DNA from: an uncultured Solirubrobacterales bacterium
GTDB taxonomy: Bacteria; Actinomycetota; Thermoleophilia; Solirubrobacterales; Solirubrobacteraceae
Direction of reading: 5' to 3'
Assembly (NCBI GenBank): GCA_963763785.1
Contig: CAVXPW010000017.1
Location: 5,042 to 69,041, forward strand
DNA: 64,000 bases
This document shows positions 32,484-42,028 of the stretch, one piece after another (positions within the stretch are counted from its first letter, which is position 1; each line of letters starts with the position of its first letter). The notes beneath the pieces are model-generated. The model was not told the origin of the DNA, did no database searches, and worked only from the letters and a program-made list of their open reading frames with translations. The position numbers and the translations under genes were made by a program.

Positions 32484-33749
32484 TCAGGACCCGGCGTTCG
32501 CCGTGGCGATCTTCGAGTTGACGAGCACGAGCGGCGCCTTGGGGTCGTGGGGCTGGGGAATCGCCGCGAGGCTGAACTCGGAGATCACGCCGGGGCGGAA
32601 GACCAGGCAGTGGGTCGACCCGCCGTATTGGAAATGGCCGAGCTCCTCGCCCTTGCCCACGTGGTAGCCGGGCTCGAGGTCGGCGCCGATCACGCAGGAG
32701 GAGACGTCCGACATTCCGACCGCGACGAAGGCCATCAGCCCGATGACCGGATCCTCGGCCTCGATCAGGACGATCGCCCGGGCCGCGACGTGGGCGAGAT
32801 AGGACTGCGAGTTCGTCGGCTCGACCGCATCCTTGCCCTCGGAATCGGCTTCGGAGAAGTAGGTGCCCGCGCAGACGAATGCCCTGACGATCGTGCCGGC
32901 CACCGGGCTGTGCCACCGGTGGTAGTTGCGGGCGCTCAGAAAGGCCTGGTACACCGTTCCGCCGACGAACTGGGCGGCCGTCTCGTCGCCGGCCAGCATG
33001 TCCTGCAGGGAATAGGGCTGGCTCTTGATCCAGAACCGGTCCTCGAGCTTGACGTCGGTGCTGATCCCGTAGGGCAGCGACTCGCAGGCGCTGACGATCA
33101 CCTTGTCGTCGTCGGGCGCCGCCACCGGCCGGGCGCCGTCCTTGAAGCGACGGGTGAAGAAGTCGTTCCACGAGCCGAACCCCCAGTGCTCGTCGTCGGG
33201 GTCGTGCCGGTACTGCTCGATTCCGATCGCGCGGCGGGCCTCGTCGCTCTTCCAGCCGGACGGCGAGTCGTTGAGCACGTAGAGCGAGTCGGCGCTGCTG
33301 AGGAACTTGCACCAGGCGGTCAGGATCTTCCCCAGCATCGCGTTGATCCGCGGGTCGCGGAAGGCCGCGAACCCGGCCGGCGTCCCCATCGACCAGTCGA
33401 GGATCGCCCCGATCGGCGTGGCCACCATCGCCTCGTCGCTGAACGCGGGCGCCATCCGCAGCACCTCGTTGATCAGGCGCAGCAGCTGCTCGACGCTCTC
33501 GACGTGGCGCTTGCGGTACGCCTTGGTGCTCGGCACCTGCTCGATCATCTGCGAGACGTACATCCGCACCACCGGATCGCTGTCGAGCAGCCGCTGGAAC
33601 TCCTTGATCACCGGATGGAGCTCGACCCGTTCGCCGATCGCCTCGACCCGCTCGCGGTGACCGGCCAGCCACGACTCCAAGCCGTCCTGGTCGGGCGGGA
33701 GCCAGCCGGCCCGGCGCTTGACGTCGACTTCGTGAGGCTGGGCGGTCAT
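32484..33749 (-). CDS. Phosphatidylserine-decarboxylase-family (pyruvoyl-type) decarboxylase with an N-terminal accessory domain
   Basis: Start re-placed at ATG 33749 (MTAQPHEVDV...). C-terminal GEELGHFQYGGSTHCLVF carries the G-S-T self-cleavage motif of PSD-type enzymes. No TM segments. N-terminal HPVIKEFQRLLDSDPVVRMYVSQMIEQVP. Confidence 0.75.
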   Translation of the reverse strand: MTAQPHEVDVKRRAGWLPPDQDGLESWLAGHRERVEAIGERVELHPVIKEFQRLLDSDPVVRMYVSQMIEQVPSTKAYRKRHVESVEQLLRLINEVLRMAPAFSDEAMVATPIGAILDWSMGTPAGFAAFRDPRINAMLGKILTAWCKFLSSADSLYVLNDSPSGWKSDEARRAIGIEQYRHDPDDEHWGFGSWNDFFTRRFKDGARPVAAPDDDKVIVSACESLPYGISTDVKLEDRFWIKSQPYSLQDMLAGDETAAQFVGGTVYQAFLSARNYHRWHSPVAGTIVRAFVCAGTYFSEADSEGKDAVEPTNSQSYLAHVAARAIVLIEAEDPVIGLMAFVAVGMSDVSSCVIGADLEPGYHVGKGEELGHFQYGGSTHCLVFRPGVISEFSLAAIPQPHDPKAPLVLVNSKIATANAGS

Positions 33750-33913
33750 CGCGGGCGGCACATACCCGCTCGCCCCCGCGCGCAAGCACGTCCGGGTTCT
33801 CGCCGCCGAGATTTCTGGGCGGGTCCTAGTTCGCCGGCCCTCGGCAGACTGCTCGACCTGGCGGCGACTCGGCCATCGACCCGGGGTCCTCGGCCAACCG
33901 GTAGCGTGGAGCC

Positions 33914-34834
33914 ATGTCCTCCGAATGGCCGCCCCTGCGCTACGCGGACTGGCGCCCGACCTGTGACACCCTCCACGCCCACACACAGGTGCTCGGCAAG
34001 CTCGCCGTCGCCCTCGCACCGCCCGAGCCTCAACTCCAGCACGCGGCGCTGCGCCTGAGCGCCCGGGGTTGGGAGACCGCGCCGCTACCGGCACCCGACG
34101 GATCGGGCGCGATCGTCGTCGCCCTCGACCTCCACCGCCACGAGGCGGTCGCCGAGCACAGCGACGGTCGCAGCGTCCGCGTCGCCCTGACCCCGGATCG
34201 TCCGGTCGGTGAGGTCACCCGCGAGGTGCTCGGGTCCGTCGGCGCGCTCGGCGGTCGGGTCGAGATCAACCCCACCCCACAGGAGGTCGGGTGGAGTGTG
34301 CCGCTCGACGAGGACGACGAGCACAAACGCTATGACCGCGCCGCGGTCGAGACCTACTTCGCCGCCGCGACGCAGGCCGCCCTCGTCCTCGCCGAGTTCC
34401 GCGCCCCCTACCGCGGGCGCTCGACCCCGGTCAACGCCTGGTGGGGCTCCTTCGACCTGGCCGTCAGCCTGTTCTCCGGGCAGCCCGCCGATCCACCGTC
34501 CGAGGATTTCATCATGCGCAACGCGATGAACGCCCAAGAGGTCGCCGTCGGCTGGTGGCCGGGGGACGAGCGCTACGGCCAGGCGGCCTTCTACGCCTAC
34601 GCCCATCCGGCGCCCGACGGCTTCGACGCCGCCGAGCTCTCGCCTCCCGCGGCCCGGTGGGAGGCGGCCCTCGGCGAGTACGTCCTCGACTGGGAGGACG
34701 CTCGGCGAAGCGCCGATCCCCGGGCCTCCGCCCTCGACTTCGCCCGCTCGGCCTTCCACTTTGCCTGCGAGCTCTGCGGCTGGGAGCCCGCCCTCCCCGC
34801 ATCCGTCGACGGAACGCCGCCCCCGGTGACCTGA
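33914..34834 (+). CDS. Conserved hypothetical protein (resembles the DUF5996 family, from memory)
   Basis: 306-aa ORF starting MSSEWPPLRYADWRPTCDTLHAHTQVLGKLAVALAPPEP.... The family name is recalled, not verified. Confidence 0.6.
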   Translation: MSSEWPPLRYADWRPTCDTLHAHTQVLGKLAVALAPPEPQLQHAALRLSARGWETAPLPAPDGSGAIVVALDLHRHEAVAEHSDGRSVRVALTPDRPVGEVTREVLGSVGALGGRVEINPTPQEVGWSVPLDEDDEHKRYDRAAVETYFAAATQAALVLAEFRAPYRGRSTPVNAWWGSFDLAVSLFSGQPADPPSEDFIMRNAMNAQEVAVGWWPGDERYGQAAFYAYAHPAPDGFDAAELSPPAARWEAALGEYVLDWEDARRSADPRASALDFARSAFHFACELCGWEPALPASVDGTPPPVT

Positions 34835-34946
34835 CCTTTCGGGTCGTGCGCTTCGCCGCGCCGCCGCCGCCGCCCTGGTCGCGGCGTCCTCCCCCGCTCG
34901 CCCTCCACAGCCCCCGCCACGGCGTGCCGGTCCTCGACGGCCTTTA

Positions 34947-37900
34947 ATGGCAGATGCCTCGCCGCACCGCGCTGAGCACACACAGAAACCCCAAGCATGC
35001 GATCATCGCCCCGTGGGGGGGCCCGACAGCCCGGGCGGCATCAGTGCGTTCGTCCCGGCCGACGTACGTCGGGCGATCGCCCGGGGCGAGGCGCTCGCCG
35101 ACCGGGGCGACGGATCGGTGCTCGAGGCCGATGTCTCGAGCTTCACTCGCCTGGCCGAGACGCTCGCCCAGCGCCACGGCCCCCGCCGCGGCGCCGAGGA
35201 GGTCGCCGCCCTCCTGACCCGCGTCTACGGCGCCGTCGTCTCCGAGGTCGACCGCTTCGACGGCAGCGTCGTCGAGTTCACCGGCGACGCCGTCTCCTGC
35301 TGCTTCCACGCCGACGACGGCGCCCGGGCCGTCCACTGCGGCCTCGCCATGCAGGCGAGGATGGACGAGCTCGGGACCGATGCCGTCGATTCCCCGGCCC
35401 TCAAGGTGATCATCGCCACCGGCGCCTTCCGGCGGTTCTCGGTCGGCGACCCCGCCGTCCGCCTGCTCGAGGTGCTCGCCGGCCCGGCCGTCGACCGCCT
35501 CGTCGCCATCGGCTCCCTCGCCGGCCCCGGCGAGGTGCTCGTCGACGGGGCCACCGCCCGGCGGCTCGGCGCTCGCCTCGAGCTCGACGGCTGGCGGCTG
35601 GGGCCCGGGCGGCCGGCCGCGCTCGTTCGCGCCATGCTCGAGCCGGCCGGCCCCGCGCCGGCGGCCTTCGTCGAGATCGACGCCGCACACGCCCGGCGCT
35701 GGCTCCCCGCCGCGCTCCACGAGCGCCTCAGCCACGGCGACGAGAGCCTGCTCGGCGAGCTGCGCTCCGTGGTCGCCCTGTTCGCCGGGTTCGGGGGCAT
35801 CGACTACGCCGGCGACGACGCCGGCGAACGGCTCGACGCCTACGCCCGCTTCGCCCAGGACACGCTCGAGGACTACGGCGGAACCCTGTTCGCGATCGCC
35901 GTCGACGCCAAGGGCAGCTACCTGTGCGCCGGGTTCGGCGCCCCCCTGACCCACGGCGACGATCCCCTCCGCGCGGCCGCGACCGCCGTCGCGCTCCGCG
36001 CGCCGCCCGCCGCGGCCGGCGGCGTCGAGGCCGGCGGCATCGGTTTGACCCGCGGGCGGCTCTACGCCGGGATGTACGGCGGCCGTACCCGGCGGACCTT
36101 CGGGCTTCAGGGCAGCGAGGTGAACCTCGCCGCCCGGCTCATGGAGAACGCCGCTCCCGGGCAGATTCTCGTCGAGGAGTCGCTCGCCCTGCTGCTCGAA
36201 CCGCGCCACCACCTCCGCCCGCTCCCGCCGCGGCGCGTCAAGGGCCGCGAGCGGCCGGTGGCCGTGCGCGAGCTGCTCGGGCCGCGACCGGCCCCGCCCG
36301 AGGCTCCGGCCCCGCCCGACGCGGCCGACATGGCCGACATGGTCGACCGCGCGTACGAGCGGGCGGCGATCGAAGCCTGCCTGCGCGGCCTGCGCGACGG
36401 CATCGGCGGGGTACTCGTGCTCGAGGGCGAGCCCGGGATCGGCAAATCCCGCCTCGTGCGCCACCTGACCGACCGGGCGGCCGCCGAGGGATTCGTCGTC
36501 CACGCCGGAGCCGGCGATCCGATCGAGCGCGGAGACCCCTACCACGGCTGGCGCCCCGTGTTCACCGGCGCGCTCGGCCTCGATCCCCTGCCCGACGATC
36601 CCGACGTCCGCCGGCGCGAGGCCGGCGAGCGGCTGGCCGCCGCCCACCCGGCGACCGGGCCGGGCGCCGACGGCCGGCTCGGCGCGCTGTTCTCGGTCGT
36701 CGTCCCGCTCGAGCTGGCCGGCGACCCGGCCACCGCCGGGCTGTCGGGGGAGGCGCGCGGTCAGGCGACGCGGGATCTGCTCGCCGAGACGCTCGGCGCC
36801 CTCGCGGCAAGCCGCCCGACGCTCGTCGTCCTCGAGGACGCCCACTGGCTCGACTCCGCCTCGCTCGGCTTGGCGCTGCGGCTCGCCGTCGCCCCCGGGC
36901 CGCTGCTCTTCGTGCTGAGCACGCGACCGATCGCCGAGGCCGGCCGCGGCGAGCTCGATCGCCTCGTCGCCACCCCGGGCTGCGCCCACCTGCGAATCGG
37001 GCCGCTACCGAGCGCCGACGCCGTCGAGCTCGCCGCGCGCGCGATCGGGCACCCGCCGTCGGCCCGGCTGGCGGCGATGGTCGGCGCCAGGGCGGGCGGC
37101 AACCCGCTGTTCACCCGCGAGCTCGCCTACGTCCTGCGCGACGGCGAGAGCCACAGCGGCCCCCCCGCCGACGTCACCCCGGCCGACTCGCCCGACCGCG
37201 TCGAGACGGTGATCGCCAGCCGCGTCGACCGGCTGCCGGCCGGGGCGCAGAACCTGCTCAAGGTCGGCAGCGTGCTCGGCCTGGCCTTCGCCGCCGACGC
37301 CCTCCGCGCCCTCGCCGGCCCCGGCGCCCTCGACCATCGCCGCCGCCTCGAGGCGCTCGAGCTCCTCGCTCCGGCCCTCGACTCCGCCCCCGACGCCCTG
37401 TCCTTCCGGCACGCCCTGATTCGCGAGGTCGTCTACTCCCAGCTCCTCTACGCCCAGCGCCGCGACCTCCACCGGCGCGCGGCCGAGTACTACGAGGCGA
37501 CCGGCGCCGCCGGCTCGACCCGCGCCGCCCTGGCCCACCACTGGGAGCAGGCGGAGGTTCCCGGCCGTGCCGTCGAGCACCTCGTGGCCGCCGGCGAGGC
37601 CGCGCTCCACGCCGGGGCCTTCCAGGAATGCCGCGACGCCTACGAGCGGGCGCTCAAGCTCACCGCCGGAGAGCCGGCCACCGGGCGGCGCGCCGAATGG
37701 ACCTGGCTGGCGGCCAACGCGTGCTACCGCCTCGGCGAGATCGAGCGCAGCCGCGAGCTCGGCACCGAGGCTATCGCCGCCCTCGACCGTCCGGTGCCCG
37801 CCGGCGGTCCCGCGGCCGTCGGCGTCGCTGCCGTCGGCGAGCTCGCCCGGCAGGCGCTCCACCGCCTGCTCCCCGGCGTCCCCCGTCCGGCGCCGCCGGC

Positions 37901-39053
37901 GGAGCGCGACGGGCTGCTGTTGGCCGTCGAGGCTCTGGTGATGATGGCCGAGGTCTACTACGTCGCGGCCGACAAGGCGCGCTCCGGCTACGTCGCCCTC
38001 CGCGCGCTCAACCTCGCCGAGCGCCTCGGGCCCAGCCGCGAGCTGGCCGGCTGCTACGGGGCCATGTGCGTCATCGCCGGCCTCGTCGGCGCCCACCGCC
38101 TCGCCGAGCGCTACGGCGAGCTCTCGCGCCGGACCGCCGCCGAGCTCGGCGACCCCGACTGCAGCGCCCACACCCTCCAGCAGGTGTGCATGTACCGCTC
38201 GAGCGTCGGCCCCTATGCCGCATTCAGCGAGCTCTACGCCACCGCGATCGACGAGTACCGCCGGCTCGGCGACCGCCCCCGCCTGCGCGACACCGCCGGT
38301 ATGGCCGGGATCGCCGACCATCTCTTCGGCCGTCCGCACCAGGCCGAGCTACGGCTGGACGAGCTGCTCGCCGCCGTCGAGCCCCAGGAGGCGACCCTCG
38401 GCGCCGCCTGGGCGTACCTCTGGCTCGGCATCGTGGCCCTGCGGCGCGGCCGCTCGGAGGAGACGCTCGAGCGCCTGCGCACGGCCGACGGCCTGCGCGA
38501 CCGCGAGGCCGTCGACGTCATCTCGGTCAACGTCCGCGCGATCTGCGCGCTCGCCCTCTGGCGAACCGGTCGCGACGCCGATTCGCACGCGGAGGAGGAG
38601 GCCGCCTGGGCGCTCGTGCGCCGCCTCGGCCGCCGCCCGGCCGCCCACATCGTCCTCGACGGCTACTGCGCCCTGGCCGAGCTCGCCCTCGCCCGCTGGG
38701 ACGCCGCCGGCTCGCCGGCGCCGCGCCTGCGGGCCCGCCGCCGCGCCCGGGAGGCGTCGCGGAACCTCCGCGCCTACGCCCGCATGTTCGCGATCGGCGA
38801 GCCCGCCCGCCGGCTCTACGAAGGCGAGCGAGCCCGACGCCTCGGCCGCCCCGAGGCGGCGATCGCCGCCTGGCGCCGAGCCCTCGCCGCCGCCACCAGG
38901 CTCGACATGCGCCACGAGCTCGCCCTCGCCCACGCCGCCCTCGGCGACCACCTCCCCGCCGGCCCCGAGCGCGGCGGCCACCGCGCCCGCGCCGCCGAGC
39001 TCCTCGCCGAGCTCGGCGCGCCGGCCACGACCCGAGCCGTGACCCCGCGGTGA
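34947..39053 (+). CDS. Multidomain signalling protein: two class III nucleotidyl cyclase homology domains + P-loop NTPase + TPR-like C-terminal region
   Basis: CHD1: VLEADVSSFTRLAE...VEFTGDAVSCCF. CHD2: VVALFAGFGGIDY...GSEVNLAARLMENAAPGQILV. P-loop: VLVLEGEPGIGKSRL, then about 700 aa of helical repeats. No LuxR-type HTH is visible at the C-terminus. The start could be GTG 35013. Confidence 0.85.
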   Translation: MADASPHRAEHTQKPQACDHRPVGGPDSPGGISAFVPADVRRAIARGEALADRGDGSVLEADVSSFTRLAETLAQRHGPRRGAEEVAALLTRVYGAVVSEVDRFDGSVVEFTGDAVSCCFHADDGARAVHCGLAMQARMDELGTDAVDSPALKVIIATGAFRRFSVGDPAVRLLEVLAGPAVDRLVAIGSLAGPGEVLVDGATARRLGARLELDGWRLGPGRPAALVRAMLEPAGPAPAAFVEIDAAHARRWLPAALHERLSHGDESLLGELRSVVALFAGFGGIDYAGDDAGERLDAYARFAQDTLEDYGGTLFAIAVDAKGSYLCAGFGAPLTHGDDPLRAAATAVALRAPPAAAGGVEAGGIGLTRGRLYAGMYGGRTRRTFGLQGSEVNLAARLMENAAPGQILVEESLALLLEPRHHLRPLPPRRVKGRERPVAVRELLGPRPAPPEAPAPPDAADMADMVDRAYERAAIEACLRGLRDGIGGVLVLEGEPGIGKSRLVRHLTDRAAAEGFVVHAGAGDPIERGDPYHGWRPVFTGALGLDPLPDDPDVRRREAGERLAAAHPATGPGADGRLGALFSVVVPLELAGDPATAGLSGEARGQATRDLLAETLGALAASRPTLVVLEDAHWLDSASLGLALRLAVAPGPLLFVLSTRPIAEAGRGELDRLVATPGCAHLRIGPLPSADAVELAARAIGHPPSARLAAMVGARAGGNPLFTRELAYVLRDGESHSGPPADVTPADSPDRVETVIASRVDRLPAGAQNLLKVGSVLGLAFAADALRALAGPGALDHRRRLEALELLAPALDSAPDALSFRHALIREVVYSQLLYAQRRDLHRRAAEYYEATGAAGSTRAALAHHWEQAEVPGRAVEHLVAAGEAALHAGAFQECRDAYERALKLTAGEPATGRRAEWTWLAANACYRLGEIERSRELGTEAIAALDRPVPAGGPAAVGVAAVGELARQALHRLLPGVPRPAPPAERDGLLLAVEALVMMAEVYYVAADKARSGYVALRALNLAERLGPSRELAGCYGAMCVIAGLVGAHRLAERYGELSRRTAAELGDPDCSAHTLQQVCMYRSSVGPYAAFSELYATAIDEYRRLGDRPRLRDTAGMAGIADHLFGRPHQAELRLDELLAAVEPQEATLGAAWAYLWLGIVALRRGRSEETLERLRTADGLRDREAVDVISVNVRAICALALWRTGRDADSHAEEEAAWALVRRLGRRPAAHIVLDGYCALAELALARWDAAGSPAPRLRARRRAREASRNLRAYARMFAIGEPARRLYEGERARRLGRPEAAIAAWRRALAAATRLDMRHELALAHAALGDHLPAGPERGGHRARAAELLAELGAPATTRAVTPR

Positions 39054-39355
39054 TCGGGGGGGCCGTCCAGCCGAGCCCGCGACCCCGCGGTGATCACCGG
39101 GCCGGCGACCGGACCCCAGTGCACGATCAACGCCGGCGGCATGGAGGCGGCCACATCTCCGGGATGGCTCTGCGCCAACGCGCCGGCGCGCGAGGCGATC
39201 GTCGGTGTCTACTCATGAAGGGCGCACCGGCCGGCGACCACCCGTCCAAGAGATCCCGATGTCTGCGCGCGGACGTCCGCGTAGCGACCATTGGAAATGA
39301 CGCGGCGGCCGATCCCGGGCATACATAGGGGGAAGCCAACTTAAAGGAGACCATC

Positions 39356-39505
39356 ATGCTGCTCGCACTCGCACTCGTACTGTTGGTCATCGCCATCGCC
39401 GGTGGCGTCATCGTCCACCCGCTGCTGTTCCTGATCGCCATCCTCGCCATCGTGCTCTTCTTCAGCGGAGGCCGGCGCGGAGCCGGTTCCGGCCTGCGCC
39501 TCTGA
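39356..39505 (+). CDS. 49-aa hydrophobic small membrane protein (not in the ORF track)
   Basis: AAGGAG at 39344-39349, ATG 39356. Translation: MLLALALVLLVIAIAGGVIVHPLLFLIAILAIVLFFSGGRRGAGSGLRL-stop. Confidence 0.55.
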   Translation: MLLALALVLLVIAIAGGVIVHPLLFLIAILAIVLFFSGGRRGAGSGLRL

Positions 39506-39547
39506 GCACGCCCGCGGCGGTCGGCCCCGCGACGGGCCGGCCGCCGG

Positions 39548-40282
39548 TCAGCTGATCGCCGCCACCAGCCGGTGGTGGCGCAGCTGCTCGGGCGGAGGAC
39601 CATGGAGGGTCCACGTGCCGTGCTGCGAGCGGCTCAGCCGACCCGAGCGAACCAGCTCGCCCATCGCCGTGGTGACCGACGGACGGTGGGCCCCCACCAG
39701 GTCGGCCAAGCGCTGGTGGGAGAGCGGCAGCGGCACTGCGATGCCCTCCGGTCGAACCCGCCCCCAGCGCTCGGCCAGGTGCCACAGCGTGAGCAAGAGC
39801 CGGTCGTCGACCCGCGGATGGTGGGCGATGGCCAGCGCCACCGCCAGCGAATGGGCCCGCCGCGTCCCGCGGCTGAAGAGCTCGACCCCGAGCTGCGGCC
39901 ACGGGGTCATCCGCGTCACCAGCCCGTTGTCGAGCACGGCCAGCCGCGACGGCTCGAGCACCTGCCAGCCGACCTCGGCCTGGACATGGGAGCCCTCGGT
40001 GTCCCAGCGCCACGGACGCATCACGTCCCCCGGCCCCAGCAGCTCGACGCATCGGCGTCCGAGCACGTCGACCTCGCGCGTGAGCAGGCCGTCGATGATC
40101 AGAAAGCCGCGGTGATGGCGCTCGGGCTCGAGCGTGGCCGCCGCGTCCCAGCCGCCCGGCGACAGGCGGCGCACCCGGGTCAGCGCCTCGCGCCGGGCCC
40201 GCTCGCGGTCGACCGGATCGAGCAGCTCGGCCAGATCCGCGTCGGCGTCGACGATGCTGATCAGGTCGACGACCCGGCTCAT
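39548..40282 (-). CDS. Crp/Fnr-family transcriptional regulator
   Basis: Start re-placed at ATG 40282 (ATGA overlap with the upstream VOC gene). Beta-roll region GFLIIDGLLTREVDVLGRRCVELLGPGDVM. C-terminal HTH SHQRLADLVGAHRPSVTTAMGELVRSG. Confidence 0.8.
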   Translation of the reverse strand: MSRVVDLISIVDADADLAELLDPVDRERARREALTRVRRLSPGGWDAAATLEPERHHRGFLIIDGLLTREVDVLGRRCVELLGPGDVMRPWRWDTEGSHVQAEVGWQVLEPSRLAVLDNGLVTRMTPWPQLGVELFSRGTRRAHSLAVALAIAHHPRVDDRLLLTLWHLAERWGRVRPEGIAVPLPLSHQRLADLVGAHRPSVTTAMGELVRSGRLSRSQHGTWTLHGPPPEQLRHHRLVAAIS

Positions 40283-40731
40283 CGCTGCGGATCCTCCATG
40301 CCCTTGCGGCGGAGCTCCGCCCGCGCCGCATCGGTCTTGCCCAGGCCGTCGAGCCCCATCGCGCCGAGCACGCCCACGGTCTTGGTGAACTGGATCTCGT
40401 CGTACTGGACGACCTGGACCCGGTTGCCCCACGGGTCGCGGAAGTCGAGCCCGGCGCCCTCGAGGATCTCCACCCCCGCCGCCTCGAGCGCCTCGCGCAC
40501 CGCCCCGGCGTCGTCGACCACGAGACCGAAATGCCGCGACTCGTCGGCCCCCTGCGTCCGCCCGGCGGCCAGCGCGATGAACTGGTCGCCGGCGTCGACG
40601 AACGCCATCCGCGACCCCACCCGTCCCCGCAGCGTGAACTCGAGCACCCGTCCGTAGAATTCGAGCGCCTCGTCGACGTCCCCGACCTCGAGGGCGATGT
40701 GGTTGATCCCCACCAGACTTGCCCGTCTCAC
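40279..40731 (-). CDS. VOC-family (glyoxalase-like) protein
   Basis: INHIALEVGDVDEALEFYGRVLEF..., HFGLVVDD, FRDPWGNRVQVV. Confidence 0.85.
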   Translation of the reverse strand: MRRASLVGINHIALEVGDVDEALEFYGRVLEFTLRGRVGSRMAFVDAGDQFIALAAGRTQGADESRHFGLVVDDAGAVREALEAAGVEILEGAGLDFRDPWGNRVQVVQYDEIQFTKTVGVLGAMGLDGLGKTDAARAELRRKGMEDPQR

Positions 40732-40840
40732 CTGCGGCCCTCCGTTCTCCTGTCGCGTCCCCTCAGGCTAGCCCGTCGGCCGTCTGGAAAGCCCGATCAG
40801 GAGTGGTATAAACGCCTGCACCCAACTCGAGGTGAGCGTC

Positions 40841-41170
40841 ATGAAGGTGTACGGGCCGGCCCCCGAGACGAGAGCCGAGACCATCAAGCGCTACGGCGAG
40901 CTCGCCGATCGCGGGGACGACCCCGCGCTCGCCGCCCGGGCCTGGACGAGTGCCGGCTTCGACGATCCGATCGCCGCCAGCTGGCTCGAGGCCCGCTGCT
41001 TCGACGCCGCCGCCGCCCGCGCGCTCGCCGAGCTCGACGTCACCCCCGGCCAGGCCTCCAAGCGCACCCGCGACGGCAAAGGCGGCTACATCGACACGAT
41101 CGGCTACAAGGTGGCGATGGGCGACCTCACGGCCCGCCAGGGTGCCGCCCGCTGCCTCTCCAGTCGCTAG
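40841..41170 (+). CDS. Hypothetical protein
   Basis: Track ORF 40832..41170. ATG 40841 follows GAGG. An extended -10-like TGGTATAAA lies at 40804-40812. MKVYGPAPETRAETIKRYGELADRG...; no family recognised. Confidence 0.55.
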   Translation: MKVYGPAPETRAETIKRYGELADRGDDPALAARAWTSAGFDDPIAASWLEARCFDAAAARALAELDVTPGQASKRTRDGKGGYIDTIGYKVAMGDLTARQGAARCLSSR

Positions 41171-41174
41171 CAGC

Positions 41175-41522
41175 GTGACCGGCTTGGCCGAGCGCGACCC
41201 CGACCTCGTTTGGTCGACCACCGAGGGCGACCTGCGCCGGCGGCGCCCCGCGCCACCTCCGGGCTCGCCGCCGGCCGCCGCCGCCGGTCGAGTCAAGGTG
41301 CGCCGGGAGATCGCCAAGCGCCGCGGAAAGGCGGTCACCACGGTGGCGGGCGCGCCCCTCGACGACGCCGGCCTGCGCGAGTTGGCCGGCGCGCTCAAGA
41401 AGCGCTGCGGCGTCGGCGGGACGGTCAAGGGCGGGGTCATCGAGCTCCAGGGCGACCACCGGACCGCCGTCGTCACGCTCCTCCGCGCCCGGGGCTACGA
41501 CGTCGTCCTCGCCGGCGGCTGA
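41175..41522 (+). CDS. SUI1/YciH-family translation initiation factor
   Basis: In-frame GTG 41175. C-terminal KGKAVTTVAG..., LKKRCGVGGTVKGGVIELQGDHRTAVVTLLRARGYDV. Confidence 0.8.
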   Translation: MTGLAERDPDLVWSTTEGDLRRRRPAPPPGSPPAAAAGRVKVRREIAKRRGKAVTTVAGAPLDDAGLRELAGALKKRCGVGGTVKGGVIELQGDHRTAVVTLLRARGYDVVLAGG

Positions 41523-41538
41523 TCGATAACCTGCGCCC

Positions 41539-41919
41539 ATGTCAACCAACGAGAAGCCCCAGGTCGACGTCGCCTCCGACCAGCCGCCGTCCTACCAGCT
41601 CGAGCTCGACGACATCACCGTCGGCGACGGCGAAGAGGCGACGTCCGGATCGACCGTCGAGGTCCACTACGTCGGCGTCTCCTGGTCGACCGGGAAGCAG
41701 TTCGACGCCTCCTGGGACCGCGGGAGCACGTTCAAGTTCGGCCTCGGCCAGGGCCAGGTCATCAAGGGCTGGGACGACGGCGTGGCCGGGATGAAGGTCG
41801 GCGGCCGGCGGCGCATCACCATCCCGCCGGCGCTCGGCTACGGCAAGCGCGGCGCCGGCGGCGTAATCGGCCCCGACGAGACGCTCGTCTTCGTAGTCGA
41901 CCTGATCGGCGTGCGCTGA
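41539..41919 (+). CDS. FKBP-type peptidyl-prolyl cis-trans isomerase
   Basis: [57 protein letters not shown]. Confidence 0.95.
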   Translation: MSTNEKPQVDVASDQPPSYQLELDDITVGDGEEATSGSTVEVHYVGVSWSTGKQFDASWDRGSTFKFGLGQGQVIKGWDDGVAGMKVGGRRRITIPPALGYGKRGAGGVIGPDETLVFVVDLIGVR

Positions 41920-42028
41920 GGTAAGGGCGGGAACCCTCCGGGCTCCGCCGGGCCGCCCTCGGCCCCGGGAGAGCGCCGCATCCGATCGCGTACGATGGTT
42001 CGCCACTGAGCGATCGAGAGGAGCGTAC

